Source: Dehalococcoidia bacterium (lineage in GTDB: Bacteria > Chloroflexota > Dehalococcoidia > Lucifugimonadales > Lucifugimonadaceae). From it: DNA of 64,000 nucleotides. Location of the stretch: contig JAPKBN010000003.1 in assembly GCA_026421215.1 (NCBI GenBank), positions 45,698-109,697 of the forward strand, in the 5' to 3' direction. The notes under the pieces are model-generated. The model was given only the letters and a program-made list of their open reading frames with translations. It was not told where the DNA came from and ran no database searches. Of the stretch, positions 19,578 through 28,505 are shown piece after piece. Numbering within the stretch: the first letter of the stretch is position 1; each line of letters opens with the position of its first letter. The position numbers were made by a program, and so were the translations under genes.

Positions 19578-19736
19578 GAAGTTGGGGATGTGGACGCAAG
19601 CTATGGCTGCGCGTTTTCTATCAGGGGTTGGTATTAGATCAATCCCCCCTGTGCTGCATTCTCCTGCTGTTGTGCTTTCACTCCACCCCCCAGAGTTACT
19701 CAGAGCGGTGTGTTGATATCACCGCTAGAGATATAT

Positions 19737-19752
19737 TAGAACGGTTGTTCTA
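19737..19752. promoter_or_regulatory. LexA (SOS) box of the GAAC-N4-GTTC type
   Basis: TAGAACGGTTGTTCTA has perfect 6-nt inverted arms. It lies 160 nt upstream of the imuB ATG and is embedded in AT-rich -10-like sequence (TAATAT on the minus strand). Confidence 0.7.
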
Positions 19753-19860
19753 ATAATCAAGCGATGCTTGGCGGAAGAAGAGATTGATTAGAGGGTCCCG
19801 ATCGTCCACACCTCTTAGGTGCAAGAATTACTGTTCGCCCTCTGGTGGGATTGGAAAGCC

Positions 19861-20550
19861 TTAAAAATCCAATCCTATTGTCCTGGTCAGGTATTCCACC
19901 ATCGGGGATACGCTGTAGCAGGCATCTGTGTACTCGTCTAGGAAATCAGGTGAACATATCTCATCATCTGTAAATGACGACCAGGCGATAAAATCTTTGC
20001 GTTTTATCTCGTCGATTTCCGGGTGCTCAGGGTCGAATCCACGAGGTGCGCGAACCAGCGATTCACCGGTAACATCCCATCGGTGTTTAAACTCATCGCG
20101 AGAGGTGGCATCACGCCATCCGGATGGGCTTATTGCTATCGCTCCACGCACCTTTGCCAGTTCGTCACGCCCCGGCTTCCAGATTCCCGCCGCCGCTCCA
20201 GAACCACCTGGCTTCAGGTGTAAATAGAAACCTGGTGCGTGAGCGTCGCCAGCACGTTCATGCCGAAACTGGATACCGGCGTTAGTTTTGTATGGACTCT
20301 TATCCTTCGAAAACCGTACGTCACGATGGATGCGGAACATCGATCCTCCAACGAGTCTCGGATCGGCCGCGAACGAAAAACTGATCCCGGATAGGCGCGG
20401 CGCAAAGTCTGTGATGAACTTTACGATAGGATCACGCACATCGCGAAGGTATCGCTCGCGTTGGTCCTTGAACCATTCGCGATCATTATTTAGATCTAGC
20501 TCACCGAAGAAGTCGAAAAGGGCATGGGTGAAGTGTGGCTCGCCTGACAT
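19861..20550 (-). CDS. DUF2461 (TIGR02453-like) family protein
   Basis: FFGELDLNNDREWFKDQRERY and HRDVRFSKDKSPYKTN motifs. 229 aa. Confidence 0.8.
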   Translation of the reverse strand: MSGEPHFTHALFDFFGELDLNNDREWFKDQRERYLRDVRDPIVKFITDFAPRLSGISFSFAADPRLVGGSMFRIHRDVRFSKDKSPYKTNAGIQFRHERAGDAHAPGFYLHLKPGGSGAAAGIWKPGRDELAKVRGAIAISPSGWRDATSRDEFKHRWDVTGESLVRAPRGFDPEHPEIDEIKRKDFIAWSSFTDDEICSPDFLDEYTDACYSVSPMVEYLTRTIGLDF

Positions 20551-20752
20551 AAGCGCAGTTTAATACGACTGGCGAAAATCCTTTGACATATGTGAACCGG
20601 AGAAACAGTGTTTCGGTCATAAGTTGCAACAACCTCGCCAGTAGATTCAAAACGGTTCAAGCGCGAGACTGCGCCGCGTGTGCCGCAACAGCCGATGGTT
20701 GAAACAACGGCTTGTAACAATCGTGCCCAATAAAATTCCAAGGAGTGCCACA

Positions 20753-21901
20753 ATGGCAGTGCCCGGCTGGGGAGACATCTATGACGAGCTCGGTGTCACG
20801 CCCGTAATTAACGCCATAGGTTCGGTGACGCTACTGGGTGGGTCGCAGACATCCCCAACTGTCAGGGACGCAATGGAGCGTGCCAACTCGGCATACGTAC
20901 CGCTGCCAGAGTTGGAGAACAAGGCCGGCGGTTTGATCGCTGACATGTTAGGCGTCGAGTCCGCCTATATAACCTCGGGGGCAGCATCCGCGCTTGTGCT
21001 TTCAACCGCCGCCGCTATGGCGCGAGACAATGATGATTTCGTTGCGCAGCTTCCGGACACGACTGGAATGGCGGACGAAATCCTTATCCAGAAAAAGCAG
21101 CGCTATCACTACGATCGCACGCTGAACTTCGCCGGTGCGAAACTGATCGAATACGGCACCGATGAAGGCACGTCCGAGGAAGATCTTGAAGCGTCGATCA
21201 ACGATAAGACTGCGGCGCTTCACTATGTCGCAAACGAGAAGATAAAAGACCCGTCAGTCCTCACAATCGAGCAAGTAATTGCGATCGCCAAAAAGCACGA
21301 CCTTCCGGTGATCGTGGACGCCGCTGGCCAGGTGTACCCGACGGAGAACATGGGTAAGTACGCCAAGCTAGGGGCTGACATGGTGGCCTACGGAACCAAG
21401 TACATCGGTACACCGCACTCGGCGGGCATGGTTGTCGGCTCAAAGATTTGGATCGACCGTGTCCGTCTAAACAGCTTTATCTCATTTGAAGAGCGGAGGG
21501 TCCGCGGAATCGGCCGACCCCAGAAGATCGACCGACAGGAGATCGTCGGCGTGGCCGCAGCTGTGCGTGAGTGGCTGACGATGAACCACGAAGAGCGCAT
21601 CACCAAACTGGATGTCAAACTGACACATATCGAGCGCGCCATTACCGGAATTCCGGGAGTAAAGGTAGAGGCCGATCGCGACCCGACCGGCGCATCCGTG
21701 TTTAACCTTTTCCTGACCATCGACGAGAAAGTTTGCGGCATTTCGGAGGACGGAGTCGTCGCGCAGTTAAAGGACGGAGATCCGCCGATCTGGACCCGGG
21801 TGAACCCCTACTTCGGCGGTATGCAGGTGGGCATGGTCGGACTGAACGACGGCGAGGAACAGCTCGTGGCGGAGCGGCTAGTGGCGGCGTTGAAGGGATA
21901 A
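20753..21901 (+). CDS. SelA-fold PLP-dependent enzyme (DgaE-like)
   Basis: AAGGAG SD before the ATG at 20753. The sequence has GVTPVINAIGSVTLLGGS and a probable PLP lysine in YGTKYIGTPHSAG. The track ORF is extended to 20678. Confidence 0.65.
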   Translation: MAVPGWGDIYDELGVTPVINAIGSVTLLGGSQTSPTVRDAMERANSAYVPLPELENKAGGLIADMLGVESAYITSGAASALVLSTAAAMARDNDDFVAQLPDTTGMADEILIQKKQRYHYDRTLNFAGAKLIEYGTDEGTSEEDLEASINDKTAALHYVANEKIKDPSVLTIEQVIAIAKKHDLPVIVDAAGQVYPTENMGKYAKLGADMVAYGTKYIGTPHSAGMVVGSKIWIDRVRLNSFISFEERRVRGIGRPQKIDRQEIVGVAAAVREWLTMNHEERITKLDVKLTHIERAITGIPGVKVEADRDPTGASVFNLFLTIDEKVCGISEDGVVAQLKDGDPPIWTRVNPYFGGMQVGMVGLNDGEEQLVAERLVAALKG

Positions 21902-21906
21902 GGCCA

Positions 21907-21947
21907 ATCCCTTCTCCCAGCGAGAGAAGGCGAGGATGAGGGAGAAG
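21907..21947. repeat. REP-like palindromic intergenic element (copy 1)
   Basis: CCTTCTC (21910-21916) and GAGAAGG (21924-21930) form a stem, followed by CGAGGATGAGGG. It sits just after a stop codon and is related to the element at 25611-25640. Confidence 0.5.
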
Positions 21948-21988
21948 TCTCTAACGCGTCCGCAATCTACGTGACCTCTAGAGGCCCT

Positions 21989-22022
21989 CGCCCGTGTCCT
22001 GAGGTTCCTCGAAGCACGGGCG
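21989..22022. terminator. hairpin between convergent genes
   Basis: CGCCCGTG...CACGGGCG gives an 8-bp stem with an 18-nt loop. It lies between the SelA-like gene (+) and the CBS gene (-). There is no clear U-tract. Confidence 0.3.
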
Positions 22023-22050
22023 GAGCGAGCGGCGCCCCCACGGACTAAAT

Positions 22051-22467
22051 CTAGGTAACTGGGCGCTGCCAGCCACCCAGCAGATCGCGTGTGAGTTGCT
22101 CCATGACTCGCGACAGGTTGGCGTAGGTCACTATCCCGACCATCACGCCTGAATCGTCGACCACAGGTAGTCGGCTGACTCCGCGCTCTGCCATGACACG
22201 CGCTGCGTCCACGGCCTCCATATCGACGCGCCCCGTGTGCACCGGGCTACTCATGTGCCTGAACACCGGGCAGTCGTGCGGATCGTGGCCTGCTCCAAGA
22301 CAGCCTGCGATCATGTCCCAGGTCGTTAGGATGCCTTCAACAGCGTCGCCTCGCATCACGACAAGCGACCCGACCGAAAGCTCCCGCATCTGGGCAGCAG
22401 CGTTCACAATCGACTGTTCCGAGCCGATCGTATATACCGTGCTGGTCATCAGATCCCTGAGCTTCAT
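22051..22467 (-). CDS. CBS domain pair protein
   Basis: 138 aa with two CBS-like repeats (MTSTVYTIG...GSLVVM and ...GVSRLPVVDDSGVMVGIVT). Confidence 0.8.
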   Translation of the reverse strand: MKLRDLMTSTVYTIGSEQSIVNAAAQMRELSVGSLVVMRGDAVEGILTTWDMIAGCLGAGHDPHDCPVFRHMSSPVHTGRVDMEAVDAARVMAERGVSRLPVVDDSGVMVGIVTYANLSRVMEQLTRDLLGGWQRPVT

Positions 22468-22810
22468 CAGCCTTACCTCCTCGTCGACGGCGCCTTCGCA
22501 CCTGGTGGGCCTACATCCCTATTCTAGTGATTATCGGCGAACGACTTTTCGACTGGCCTGTTTTGAGAGTCTAATTTCCGCGGCAACAGCCAGTTCGAAA
22601 CCCCCATGCAGATTGAGAAGTGCCATCCCGGTAGACCCCGAATACATGGAATACGTGATGGAGATGATTCAGCCGCTCGGCAATGTAACTCCATCGCATG
22701 AACGATCTCAGGCCGATTTGGCGCTTGCCAGGACAACCCGGTATACAGTTACGCCCGCACAAGTGAATCAATGAGGCATCGGAATGCCTGGCTGATCGGG
22801 GAGATGTACT

Positions 22811-23608
22811 TTGGATCTCGAACTCAACGGAAAAACTGCGATCGTCACCGGCGGCAGTCGTGGCATTGGTAAGGCCATCGCACGGGAACTGGCGATTGAA
22901 GGCGTAGACGTGGTCATCGCGTCACGAGGCAAGGAAGCGCTTGAGGCGACCGCCACCGAACTGGCTGCGGAGACCGGGCGGCGCATCATACCGATCACCG
23001 TCGATACCAGCGAAGACGATTCGGTGAAGTCGATGGTCGCGCAGGCAAACGAGGCGCTCGGACACATCGACATTCTGGTCAACAACGCGGCCGTTGTCGG
23101 AGGTGGTGCGGTTCCGACTCTGGCGGAGACTACGAAGGATCACCTGTGGGCTGACATGAACGTCAAGGTCATGGGCTACCTTCGAGGAGCACAAGCCGTC
23201 GCTCCGCTCATGCAGGCGCAGGGCTGGGGCCGCATCATCAACATTTCTGGCATGGCCGCCCGAAACGCGGGCTCTACCATCGGCAGCATGCGCAATGTAT
23301 CAGTCGTGGCGATGACGAAAAACCTGGCGAATCTGCTCGGCCCGGACGGCATCAACGTGACCGTTGTTCACCCCGGCGCCACGAAGACGGAGCGGACCGT
23401 CAGCGTCGTCACTGACCGTGCTGCTGCGGAGGGCGTGTCGGAGGCGGAGATCGAGGCAAAGATGGACAGCGTGAATTCGATAAAGCACCTGGTCGATGCG
23501 CGCGAAATCGCATATGTCGTTACCTTCCTGGCTTCCCCGCGGTCGATCGCAATAAACGGCGATGTCATCGCAGCGGCTGGCGGCCTGGGCACAGCGATCC
23601 ACTACTGA
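22811..23608 (+). CDS. SDR family oxidoreductase
   Basis: TTG start, then TGGSRGIGKAIA and NNAA motifs. 265 aa. Confidence 0.85.
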   Translation: MDLELNGKTAIVTGGSRGIGKAIARELAIEGVDVVIASRGKEALEATATELAAETGRRIIPITVDTSEDDSVKSMVAQANEALGHIDILVNNAAVVGGGAVPTLAETTKDHLWADMNVKVMGYLRGAQAVAPLMQAQGWGRIINISGMAARNAGSTIGSMRNVSVVAMTKNLANLLGPDGINVTVVHPGATKTERTVSVVTDRAAAEGVSEAEIEAKMDSVNSIKHLVDAREIAYVVTFLASPRSIAINGDVIAAAGGLGTAIHY

Positions 23609-23629
23609 TCTGAAAGAAAGACCCCACAA

Positions 23630-24091
23630 ATGCGGATCGCCATAGGAGGGGATCACGCCGGATTCCCGATGAAGGCTCCGGTAGTGGACCTGCTTCAATC
23701 ATGGGGCCACGACGTCGTCGACCACGGGACGAACAGCACAGAGCCAGTCGATTTCCCGGACATAGCGCGGATCGTCTGCGGCGACGTCAAGTCGGGTAGG
23801 GCAGACCGCGGGATCATGGTGTGTGGCACCGGCGTCGGCGCCGCCATCGCAGCCAACAAAATCCCAGGGATACGCGCCTCTCTGAGCCACGACACGTATT
23901 CGGCGCACCAGGGCGTCGAACATGACGATGTGAACGTGATCTGCCTCGGGGCTCAGATAATCGGCCTGAACCTCGCCGAAGAGATACTCAAAGCGTTCCT
24001 GGACGCGAAGTTCAGCACCGAAGACCACTTTCGCAGGCGCGTGGAGAAGCTGGGCGAGTTAGAGCGAGACGCGGCCCGAGAACTGGGTTGA
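23630..24091 (+). CDS. rpiB: ribose-5-phosphate isomerase B (RpiB/LacA/LacB family)
   Basis: MRIAIGGDHAGF and CGTGVGAAIAANKIPGIRA motifs. 153 aa. Confidence 0.9.
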   Translation: MRIAIGGDHAGFPMKAPVVDLLQSWGHDVVDHGTNSTEPVDFPDIARIVCGDVKSGRADRGIMVCGTGVGAAIAANKIPGIRASLSHDTYSAHQGVEHDDVNVICLGAQIIGLNLAEEILKAFLDAKFSTEDHFRRRVEKLGELERDAARELG

Positions 24092-24098
24092 TTGGGCT

Positions 24099-24594
24099 TT
24101 AGTTCCCGACCGGTAGCGCGAGTAAGTTGGCGATGAGATCGTCGATCTCGCCATTTCCCCAATTGCCCGTCACGTTGTGCGTTGTCCTGGATTACAACAC
24201 CTGGTCAAGTGTGTTCGCAATCCCTTCGTGGGGCGTGGCGTGGTGAGCCAGAGTCAGCACAGACTCGGCGTATCGAACATCGTCCCGAGCTCGTGGGAGT
24301 TCTTCTCCGGCGCCGGGTCTCCAGTTTCCACATCCTGTATCTCTCCGTCTAAGAATGTCTTCTGGATGTGACACTCGGCGCATCCAAGCGCCTGAAACGC
24401 CTGCTCTCCAGCCGCAAACGCGCCCGGTTTTGTCTCGTACCCGGAGACTCGCCAGATGCCAGGTTGATCGCCCTCAGCGCGCCGCTCCTAAACACGGTGA
24501 TAAACGCCGTTACCCCGTCATTCACAACGCTATGCCAATGCAAATCGGCCCATGACGTTTCTCGTGCAACACGACTGGAAGTTATAGAACCCAC
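24099..24594 (-). pseudogene. decayed C-terminal half of a c-type cytochrome (di-heme peroxidase/MauG-like)
   Basis: Minus-strand pieces lie in three frames. One has GEQAFQALGCAECH (CXXCH) ...FDTPSL. The next has LAHHATPHEGIANTLDQVL followed by an in-frame TAA at 24192-24194. Then comes ...GNGEIDDLIANLLALPVGN and a stop at 24099-24101. There is no start codon and no N-terminal half. Confidence 0.5.
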
Positions 24595-24705
24595 TGGAGC
24601 TAATTAGTCGTCGTCCAATATTCCCCGCGAGATCCACGCCTGCGTTATCCTCCCCGCAGTTTTCCATTCAAATCTCAATCGCCCGTAACGTCAGGAGCCG
24701 CCCAG

Positions 24706-25563
24706 ATGCCGTTCGCGAAGATCATCTCCGAGACGACGCCCGAAGGGGTGCTCATCCTCACGATGAACGACCCGGACACGCTCAACGCGCTTGGTGAGCC
24801 GCTTATGCCGGAGCTTGAGTCGGAAGTCGATCGGTTCGCCGCAGATAACGATCTTCGAGTTCTGGTGATAACCGGGTCGGGCAGGGCGTTTTCTTCTGGA
24901 GCGAATGTCCGTGGGTTCCAGCGTCGCATCAACGACGCCGAGACCGCAGCCGAAGCAGTTCCCGAGCCACGGGCTACATCCTGGGAAGAACTGGACCCGG
25001 ATTACACTGCGCGTGAGGCGTTAGGTCAGAAGTCTGGACCAGCGATCGTGCCAAAGCTTCACAACCTCCACAAGCCGTCGTTCGCTGCCGTCAACGGCCA
25101 TGCCTACGGCCTCGGTTGCGGCATAGCGATTTCTTGCGATATCAGAATCGCCGGCGAGAGCGCACGATTTAACGAGGCATTTATCCGTAACGGCCTCGTC
25201 CCGGCGGATGGCTCGGCATGGCAATTGCCAAAACTAGTCGGCATGGCGAACGCCCTCTGGATGCAGTACTCGGGCGACCCGATCGACGGCCAGGAAGCGT
25301 ACCGAATAGGTCTTGCCAACAAAGTCGTGCCGGACGACAAACTGATGGAGACAACGCTCGAGATGGCCACCAAACTGGCCCGCGGGCCAGTCTACGCAAT
25401 GGGCATCGTGAAGCAGTTGATCCACCAGGCCTACCAGCAGGACCTTGCCGAGCACCTTCCTCTGGCGTCACGTGGACAGGACTTGACCCGCACTACCTTC
25501 GACCACAAAGAAGGCGTCGCCGCCTTCCTGGAGAAGCGAAAACCCGAGTTCCGTGGCCACTAA
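24706..25563 (+). CDS. enoyl-CoA hydratase/isomerase (crotonase) family protein
   Basis: 285 aa with VITGSGRAFSSGANV and AAVNGHAYGLGCGIA oxyanion-hole regions. Confidence 0.85.
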   Translation: MPFAKIISETTPEGVLILTMNDPDTLNALGEPLMPELESEVDRFAADNDLRVLVITGSGRAFSSGANVRGFQRRINDAETAAEAVPEPRATSWEELDPDYTAREALGQKSGPAIVPKLHNLHKPSFAAVNGHAYGLGCGIAISCDIRIAGESARFNEAFIRNGLVPADGSAWQLPKLVGMANALWMQYSGDPIDGQEAYRIGLANKVVPDDKLMETTLEMATKLARGPVYAMGIVKQLIHQAYQQDLAEHLPLASRGQDLTRTTFDHKEGVAAFLEKRKPEFRGH

Positions 25564-25610
25564 GGAGGGCTGTAGAAGGAGGGATTCGACTTACGGAACG
25601 TCTTCCTCGG

Positions 25611-25640
25611 CCTAACCCTCTCCCACTGGGAGAGGGAGCT
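25611..25640. repeat. REP-like palindromic intergenic element (copy 2)
   Basis: CCCTCTCCC (25616-25624) ACT GGGAGAGGG (25628-25636) gives a 9-bp stem. The core CCCTyCTCCCA..GrGAGArGG is shared with 21907-21947. Confidence 0.5.
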
Positions 25641-25688
25641 TCCGAGATCGTTATAAGCGCCAGGATAGCCCGAGGAGGATTGAGCAGC

Positions 25689-26969
25689 ATGCCCGGACCG
25701 TTGGATGGCGTTCGCGTCCTGGAGTTCTCACAGATCGTAGCGTTGCCGTTCAACGGTGCGATCATGTCCGACCTGGGTGCCGAAGTGATAAAGGTTGAAC
25801 CCCTCACAGGCGACCCACACCGCAACCGCGGCACCGTTATGCCAAACGAAGGGAAGCGATTTCAGTCGTTGAATCGTGGCAAGCAAAGTGTCGCTGTCAA
25901 TCTTCGTGATCCGCGTGGACTCGCCTTCATTCACAAGGTCGTTCAGACCGTCGACATTGTGACCATAAACTTCCGGCCTGGCGTATCGAAGCGTCTTGGC
26001 ATCGATTACGAAACGCTCAAAAAGCTCAACCCCGGGCTTATCTACTGTGAGATTACTGGTTTTGGGAATCGGGGGCCTATGGGTGATCGCGGCGGCACAG
26101 ATATCGTTGCCAATGGCTACAGCGGCCTCATGATGGCCGATCAAAAAGTCGACGAGCACGGTCAGCCTGCCAACATAAGCGCCATCTCACTGGCTGATTA
26201 CTGCGCCGGATTTTCGGCGACTGTCGGCATTACGTCAGCGTTGTATCACCGGGCGATAACTGGCCAGGGACAAAAGATCGAGACGTCTCTTCTTCAGGCC
26301 GCGATAGCAGTGCAGGACACCGTTGTCATGCGGGAGCCGGTGCACGACGCCACACTACGAGACCCAATGGTTACGGAGATCTTAGAGCTTAGGAAACAGG
26401 GCGCCGGCTACTCTGAGGTCCAGGATGCTTACCGAAGAGGCCGGGGAGCGTCCCGCGTTGCTTCAAGGGCGTACTACTCCACCTACCAGGTGAAGGACGG
26501 ATCGATGGTGCTCGGCGCGCTTACTCCCGCGAACCGAGCTGCCGCCCGAACTGTTCTCGGGATCGCATACGATCCGAGTGATGAGCCCGATTTTGACGAG
26601 TCGCAGCAACAAAGCATGGACCAGGCGACCGCGCTGCATGCCGAGATGCGGTCGACCCTGCGGACTCGCACACTGGAGGACTGGCTTGAGGCGTTTACAA
26701 ACGCCGGCGTCCCGGTAGCGCCGGTCAATATGCCCGAGGAAATGTCGGATGACCCACAGGTCGAGGCGATGGGCTTCATGCGGGACCTGGAACACCCACT
26801 CTTTGGCCCACAGCGACTGGCAGGCCCTGTGGTCTCAATGTCCGAGACTCCGACCGATATCCGAGGTGTCTCCCCGGGATTGGGCACCGACACAGAGTCC
26901 GTAATGCTGGCGGTAGGGATGTCAGAGGAAGACATAAAGGAACTCCGCCAGGACGGCGTGATTCTGTAG
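25689..26969 (+). CDS. CaiB/BaiF family III CoA-transferase
   Basis: MPGPLDGVRVLEFSQIVALPFNGAIMSDLGAEVIKVEP N-terminus. The track ORF from 25218 is an artefactual extension through the intergenic repeat. Confidence 0.85.
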   Translation: MPGPLDGVRVLEFSQIVALPFNGAIMSDLGAEVIKVEPLTGDPHRNRGTVMPNEGKRFQSLNRGKQSVAVNLRDPRGLAFIHKVVQTVDIVTINFRPGVSKRLGIDYETLKKLNPGLIYCEITGFGNRGPMGDRGGTDIVANGYSGLMMADQKVDEHGQPANISAISLADYCAGFSATVGITSALYHRAITGQGQKIETSLLQAAIAVQDTVVMREPVHDATLRDPMVTEILELRKQGAGYSEVQDAYRRGRGASRVASRAYYSTYQVKDGSMVLGALTPANRAAARTVLGIAYDPSDEPDFDESQQQSMDQATALHAEMRSTLRTRTLEDWLEAFTNAGVPVAPVNMPEEMSDDPQVEAMGFMRDLEHPLFGPQRLAGPVVSMSETPTDIRGVSPGLGTDTESVMLAVGMSEEDIKELRQDGVIL

Positions 26970-27216
26970 GGACCTTCAGGTTGTCCATGCACCTTCTCTT
27001 GATGGGACCTATGTTCTTGTCGCAGGGTACGTTTTTTTTGCGACTTGGATTGTCACTTAGAACGCCGTAGGGGAAAGATAGAACATAAACGCGGCGGAAC
27101 GATGGCCGGGAGATTCCTCGCGTGCCGACTTCGGAATGACAGATTACTCGCATCAACCCCATATGGACGGCGCTAGCTCTGCCCGTCGCCCGCCTTTCAA
27201 AGATCTCAGAAAACCA

Positions 27217-27248
27217 GAAAGAGGGCCGATTCACATCGACCCTCTTTC
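27217..27248 (-). terminator. putative terminator hairpin of the minus-strand operon
   Basis: GAAAGAGGG (27217-27225) pairs with CCCTCTTTC (27240-27248). It lies 22 nt downstream of the DUF1501 stop and is followed on the minus strand by TGGTTTTCT. Confidence 0.45.
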
Positions 27249-27269
27249 ATCGTTGCTCTAAGAGTGGAT

Positions 27270-28418
27270 TTACACGGCCACAGCGAACGGCGAAATCTTC
27301 TCAAAATTCCCGCCAACAATCTCCTGCGCGTCCAGTCCCAGCCAGTCTTCCAGCAGGTCCGTGTAAAGGCCACGGAAATCAAAATTGTATTGCAGGTCGC
27401 CCTCCATCAACCGGCCCACGTCCAGGGACGGGTACTCGGAGTAGTGACCGCCTTTGACTGAATCTCCGATTACGAACGAAACGCCACCGGAGCCGTGGTC
27501 GGTTCCATTGCCGTTGTCCTTGACTCGACGACCGAACTCGGAGAACACGAGGATTGTGACCTCCGGGCCGAGATCGTGCTCTTCGAGGTCCTGATAGAAG
27601 GCGCGAAGCCCTGTCGAAACCTCTTCCCACAGGCCTCTCTGTAACGAGAGTTCATTGGTGTGCGTGTCCCAACCGCCGGACGTCGTGTAAAAGACACGGG
27701 TGCCGAGGTCCGCAAAGTGAACCTGTGCGACGCCCTTTAGGGCCTTTGCGATCGGGTTGTCGGGGTACTCCACCGTCGACTCGTACATCTTCGGTGCCTG
27801 CTTGAGGATGTCGGCGCCCTTTAGTGCGTCCAAACCAGTCTTGCCCAGATAGTCCATCACCATGCCGCTGCCGACGCCTGGCGTGTAGATGCGACTGAAG
27901 GCGGTCAATGCCTTCTCACGCTGCTCTGCTCCAGACATGCCGGTCAGCAGCCCGTAGTCGTCCAGATTGCCGACCGAGGCCACAGGGACGCCAGGGGCCG
28001 CTAGGGCGCGTGGCAGGCCATTGCCGAAGTTAACGGCGGTCACCACGTTTGATCCTGTCGGGTCCAATTGGCGAACGGCCTGACCAAGCCAGCCCTCATC
28101 ACCGACCCTGTCCGGGGTCGCGGTGTGCCAGATGTCCATCGATCGAAAGTGTGACCGGCTGGGGGTCGGGTAGCCAATGCCGTGAATGATGGCGACGCGA
28201 TCCTGATCGTAAAGCTCTTTGAACGCGCCCATGCCGGGGTTAAGTCCCAGGCCATTGTCCAGAGGAATCACGTCTTCCTCGGTGATCCTGACACCCGACC
28301 GCACGTCCTGATACATGGGATCTTCCCACGGAACGACGCAGTTCAGGTAGTCGTTACCACCTGAAAGCTGGACAATTACCAGCACCTTTTCTCTCTGCTC
28401 TGCCATCGTTTCCTCCAT
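27270..28418 (-). CDS. DUF1501 (sulfatase/alkaline-phosphatase-like) protein without signal peptide
   Basis: VIVQLSGGNDYLN near the N-terminus and a GNGTDHGSGG motif. 382 aa. No RR motif or hydrophobic leader is visible. Confidence 0.85.
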   Translation of the reverse strand: MEETMAEQREKVLVIVQLSGGNDYLNCVVPWEDPMYQDVRSGVRITEEDVIPLDNGLGLNPGMGAFKELYDQDRVAIIHGIGYPTPSRSHFRSMDIWHTATPDRVGDEGWLGQAVRQLDPTGSNVVTAVNFGNGLPRALAAPGVPVASVGNLDDYGLLTGMSGAEQREKALTAFSRIYTPGVGSGMVMDYLGKTGLDALKGADILKQAPKMYESTVEYPDNPIAKALKGVAQVHFADLGTRVFYTTSGGWDTHTNELSLQRGLWEEVSTGLRAFYQDLEEHDLGPEVTILVFSEFGRRVKDNGNGTDHGSGGVSFVIGDSVKGGHYSEYPSLDVGRLMEGDLQYNFDFRGLYTDLLEDWLGLDAQEIVGGNFEKISPFAVAV

Positions 28419-28505
28419 CTGGACCCGTTTGCGTCAGGGTTGTCCCGGCCATCTCTGGTGACCGGATGACATCGTAGCGCCGTTGTCGGATTGGCGCATT
28501 AGTTT

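Noticed and set aside
20753-21901. A SelA-like gene as a hint of selenocysteine recoding (in-frame TGA genes).
   Set aside because: The protein is short and looks like the DgaE/SelA-fold PLP enzymes rather than genuine SelA. No selB, selD or tRNA-Sec is in the window, and no gene pair is split by an in-frame TGA.
22630-22774. A short plus-strand frame MEYVMEMIQPLGNVT... faintly reminiscent of a TfoX N-terminal domain.
   Set aside because: Only about 15 residues resemble the family, and the downstream sequence does not continue the similarity.
25218-25688. N-terminal 157 codons of the 583-aa track ORF upstream of the CoA-transferase.
   Set aside because: The extension overlaps the 3' end of the crotonase gene in another frame and runs through the REP-like hairpin. 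The CaiB family N-terminus starts at the ATG at 25689.
27019-27044. GTCGCA...TGCGAC hairpin containing a T8 run after the CoA-transferase gene, considered as a possible intrinsic terminator.
   Set aside because: The T-run lies inside the 14-nt loop rather than after the stem, and the stem is only 6 bp. This is weak support.
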